Below, piece after piece: positions 61,801 through 64,000 of a stretch of DNA of 64,000 nt. Made by a program: the position numbers and the translations under genes. Numbering within the stretch: the first letter of the stretch is position 1; every line of letters starts with the position of its first letter. Origin of the DNA: Vicugna vicugna (lineage: Eukaryota); contig MU058781.1 of NCBI GenBank assembly GCA_013265495.1, positions 4,961,050-5,025,049 on the forward strand. Reading direction: 5' to 3'. The notes beneath the pieces are model-generated. The model did no database searches and was not told the origin of the DNA. It saw nothing but the letters and a program-made list of their open reading frames with translations.

Positions 61801-63814
61801 TCTGGCTGCACACCCAGGAAAACTGTTTTATTTAGGCTGTGTTAGCTTGAAGAAACCAGAACCCAAGCTGCGGATGGCGTCTTGCTTTCTCATTTCTCTC
61901 CTAAACTTGAGCGTGAGTGAAGCAGTGGGTTCCCTCCGGAGTAGGAGCCTGGTTTACGGAAGCAGGTGCCAGTAGAGGGGGCTCGCTCCCACCTGCGCGC
62001 AATGCCGGGCCGCCGGGGTCCAGCGGGGCCTGGCTGGGGCAGTGCTCCTTGTCCCCAGAGGAGGAGCCACAACCCCAACAGTCTCCCGCAAGAGCCTGGT
62101 GTCCCCGGGCAGACTTTCAGTTTCGCAAACATTACACAGGACTCAAATGTTCTCATTGTAATCCACTGAGTGTCCGCATGGAAATGGATGTGTTTATTAA
62201 AATACATAATCTGAAATGACATGGACAGCGTCATGCGTGCTTTTAACCTTGAGTTAACACTCAAGGGTTACAATAACAGTGCCTCCAGCAGCTTCTATTT
62301 CGATAGCTGTTCAGAGCTTCCAAAATACTCTCATGTACACAGAACCTCCAATGGTCCTAACAGTAGGGCCCTTAGGTAATCTCTGTGGCCACAAAATAAC
62401 ACAATCAGAACGCGGCTCTGTGGGTATTCATGTTACAAGCTGATATTTGAAATGGCCTGGTTTTTGAGAAGTTCTCAGCATTGGTCATTTTTTCCAGCGC
62501 ACAAGTGAGGTCGGGTAGGGTATTAATGCGTTTGTCTCTGATGAGAGCAGCCCTGGTGGTCCCTCAGTGCCGGGGTCCCTCATCCTTGTCGCAGGAGACC
62601 GCTGCGAGGTGGGATGCTCACATCAGCCCTGTGTTGGATGTTCTCCACGTGCGTTTTCTGCACTTAATGAGAAGTGGAAGGAGCAGCAGAGACCAGTTTC
62701 CTTTTTGTGCTCTTTCTGAAAAGGGACATTCCTCAGAAGGCTTTTTAAACATGCCATCAGACTCCCAGCTGGAGTGAGTTAATTGCTTTTGGACTCACAC
62801 CGGGGGCACGTGGTGTGAGGGCCAGCAAGCGCCGGCCTCGGGCTGCGTTGACCGCATTTCTGCTCTGTGGTGGCCGTCGAGGTGCATGTGGGCCCCCCTG
62901 TGTCTGGTTGGTGAAGGATGGGTGTGTGGCAGGACCAGGGCCTCGCCACGTGTCTTGGGGGGGACACTCTCCAGCTGAGAAATCCTTTTTTTTCCCCCTT
63001 TAATTGATGTTTTCATGGGACATCGTCACCTTTTTTTAAACCTCCTGCGGCTTTGTTCCCCCCCATTGAGGCAGGTGAGTACCTGCAGGAATTAGGAGTG
63101 CAGTTGGGAGTGTGTTTTTTCAGAGCAGTAGTACATGTAGAGTCAAGCGGAATGTATCTGCTGTTAACCCCCCACCCCTCTCCCGCCTGGGGCCACGTGG
63201 CCTGGTGGTTTGCCCTGGGGCCTGTCTTCCCAAAGGTGGTTGCAACTTGGGGCGCTTTAGTTTTCTTATCCTTAAAGGGCCAGTAGGAGTACCTTGTTTC
63301 ATAGGTTTTTGTCAGCAGTAACTGAGTCGGTATACACTTCATCTGTATCTGGTTGAGAGCACTGTACTGGCTATTCATGCCACATACGGTTGAAAAGACC
63401 TGGAAATCTAGAACAGCCTTGTCCTTGATAAGAGAATCCTGGAAAGTCGGTACATTTCAAATACCTGGCACATACAGCAAGGGCTGCCCGAGAGGGACTG
63501 TGACCACTCTGAACAGAAGGAGCTGTTCCAGGTGTGGCAGACGGTCCCCGATAACGCCTGTCTGCCAGTGTAACCCGCCCATCCCTGTTTCTTCCCATTT
63601 TCCTTACAGTGTTGGTTCTGTCGGTCCACCCAGACCTCAGGGGGCATGTGCACACCTAGGACAGCACTGGCCCCCCAGTATTTTCGTGTGCAGATGTCTC
63701 TTCCTGATAACATGGGGGCCCCTCTCTGTGGTGAGATGCTTGTACAGATTTCAGTGATGACCAACCAGAAAGAGAGGCTGGTGGTGAGAAACTTCTGCCT
63801 CAAATATGTCTTCC

Positions 63815-63880
63815 TAACCAGGTGTGATTGGCCAATAATTTAATCTTGAGGCCTCCGTTTTCCTGTTTGTAAAATAACAC
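63815..63880 (+). mobile_element. MIR core fragment
   Basis: 'gtgtgattggccaataatttaatcttgaggcctccgttttcctgtttgtaaaat'. Confidence 0.5.
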
Positions 63881-63899
63881 CTGGTTTTTCCGATTAGGT

Positions 63900-64000
63900 T
63901 TCAGGAGTGGGCAGGGATGGTGTTTCGTTTTGGGGGTGGTGAAAACGTTTTCAGATTACATTGTGGTGATGGTTGCACAACTCTGAATATGCAAAAATCT
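63900..64000 (+). mobile_element. L1M (L1MB/MC-type) 3' UTR end, running off the window
   Basis: 'ttttgggggtggtgaaaacgttttcagattacattgtggtgatggttgcacaactctgaatatgc'. Confidence 0.75.

Overview
Eukaryotic, not prokaryotic: 64 kb of a eutherian mammal genome lying inside the JARID2 (Jumonji, PRC2.2 accessory subunit) gene on the + strand. Two tRNA-derived Vic-1-like SINEs, and no Alu/B1/Bov/PRE/Can SINEs that I could see, suggest a camelid (inference). Three canonical coding exons are recognisable by translation and GT-AG sites: 11146-11287 (142 nt), 43956-44125 (170 nt) and 57307-57483 (177 nt). They match human exons 3-5 (about aa 61-224, numbering recalled) and include the NLS, K116 and the PRC2-binding segment. 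The rest is intron containing L1, L2, MIR, hAT-Charlie MITEs, LTR fragments, microsatellites and two assembly gaps. Nearly all tracked ORFs are spurious. The best observation is a candidate alternative promoter and first coding exon at about 2580-2885 that splices in frame to exon 3 and would give JARID2 a different N-terminus lacking the H2AK119ub1-binding UIM. Smaller observations include a strong-Kozak internal ATG (M173), candidate intronic enhancers, nested or micro-retrotransposition events and a probable false duplication at one gap. I found no evidence for a wholly new multi-gene system.
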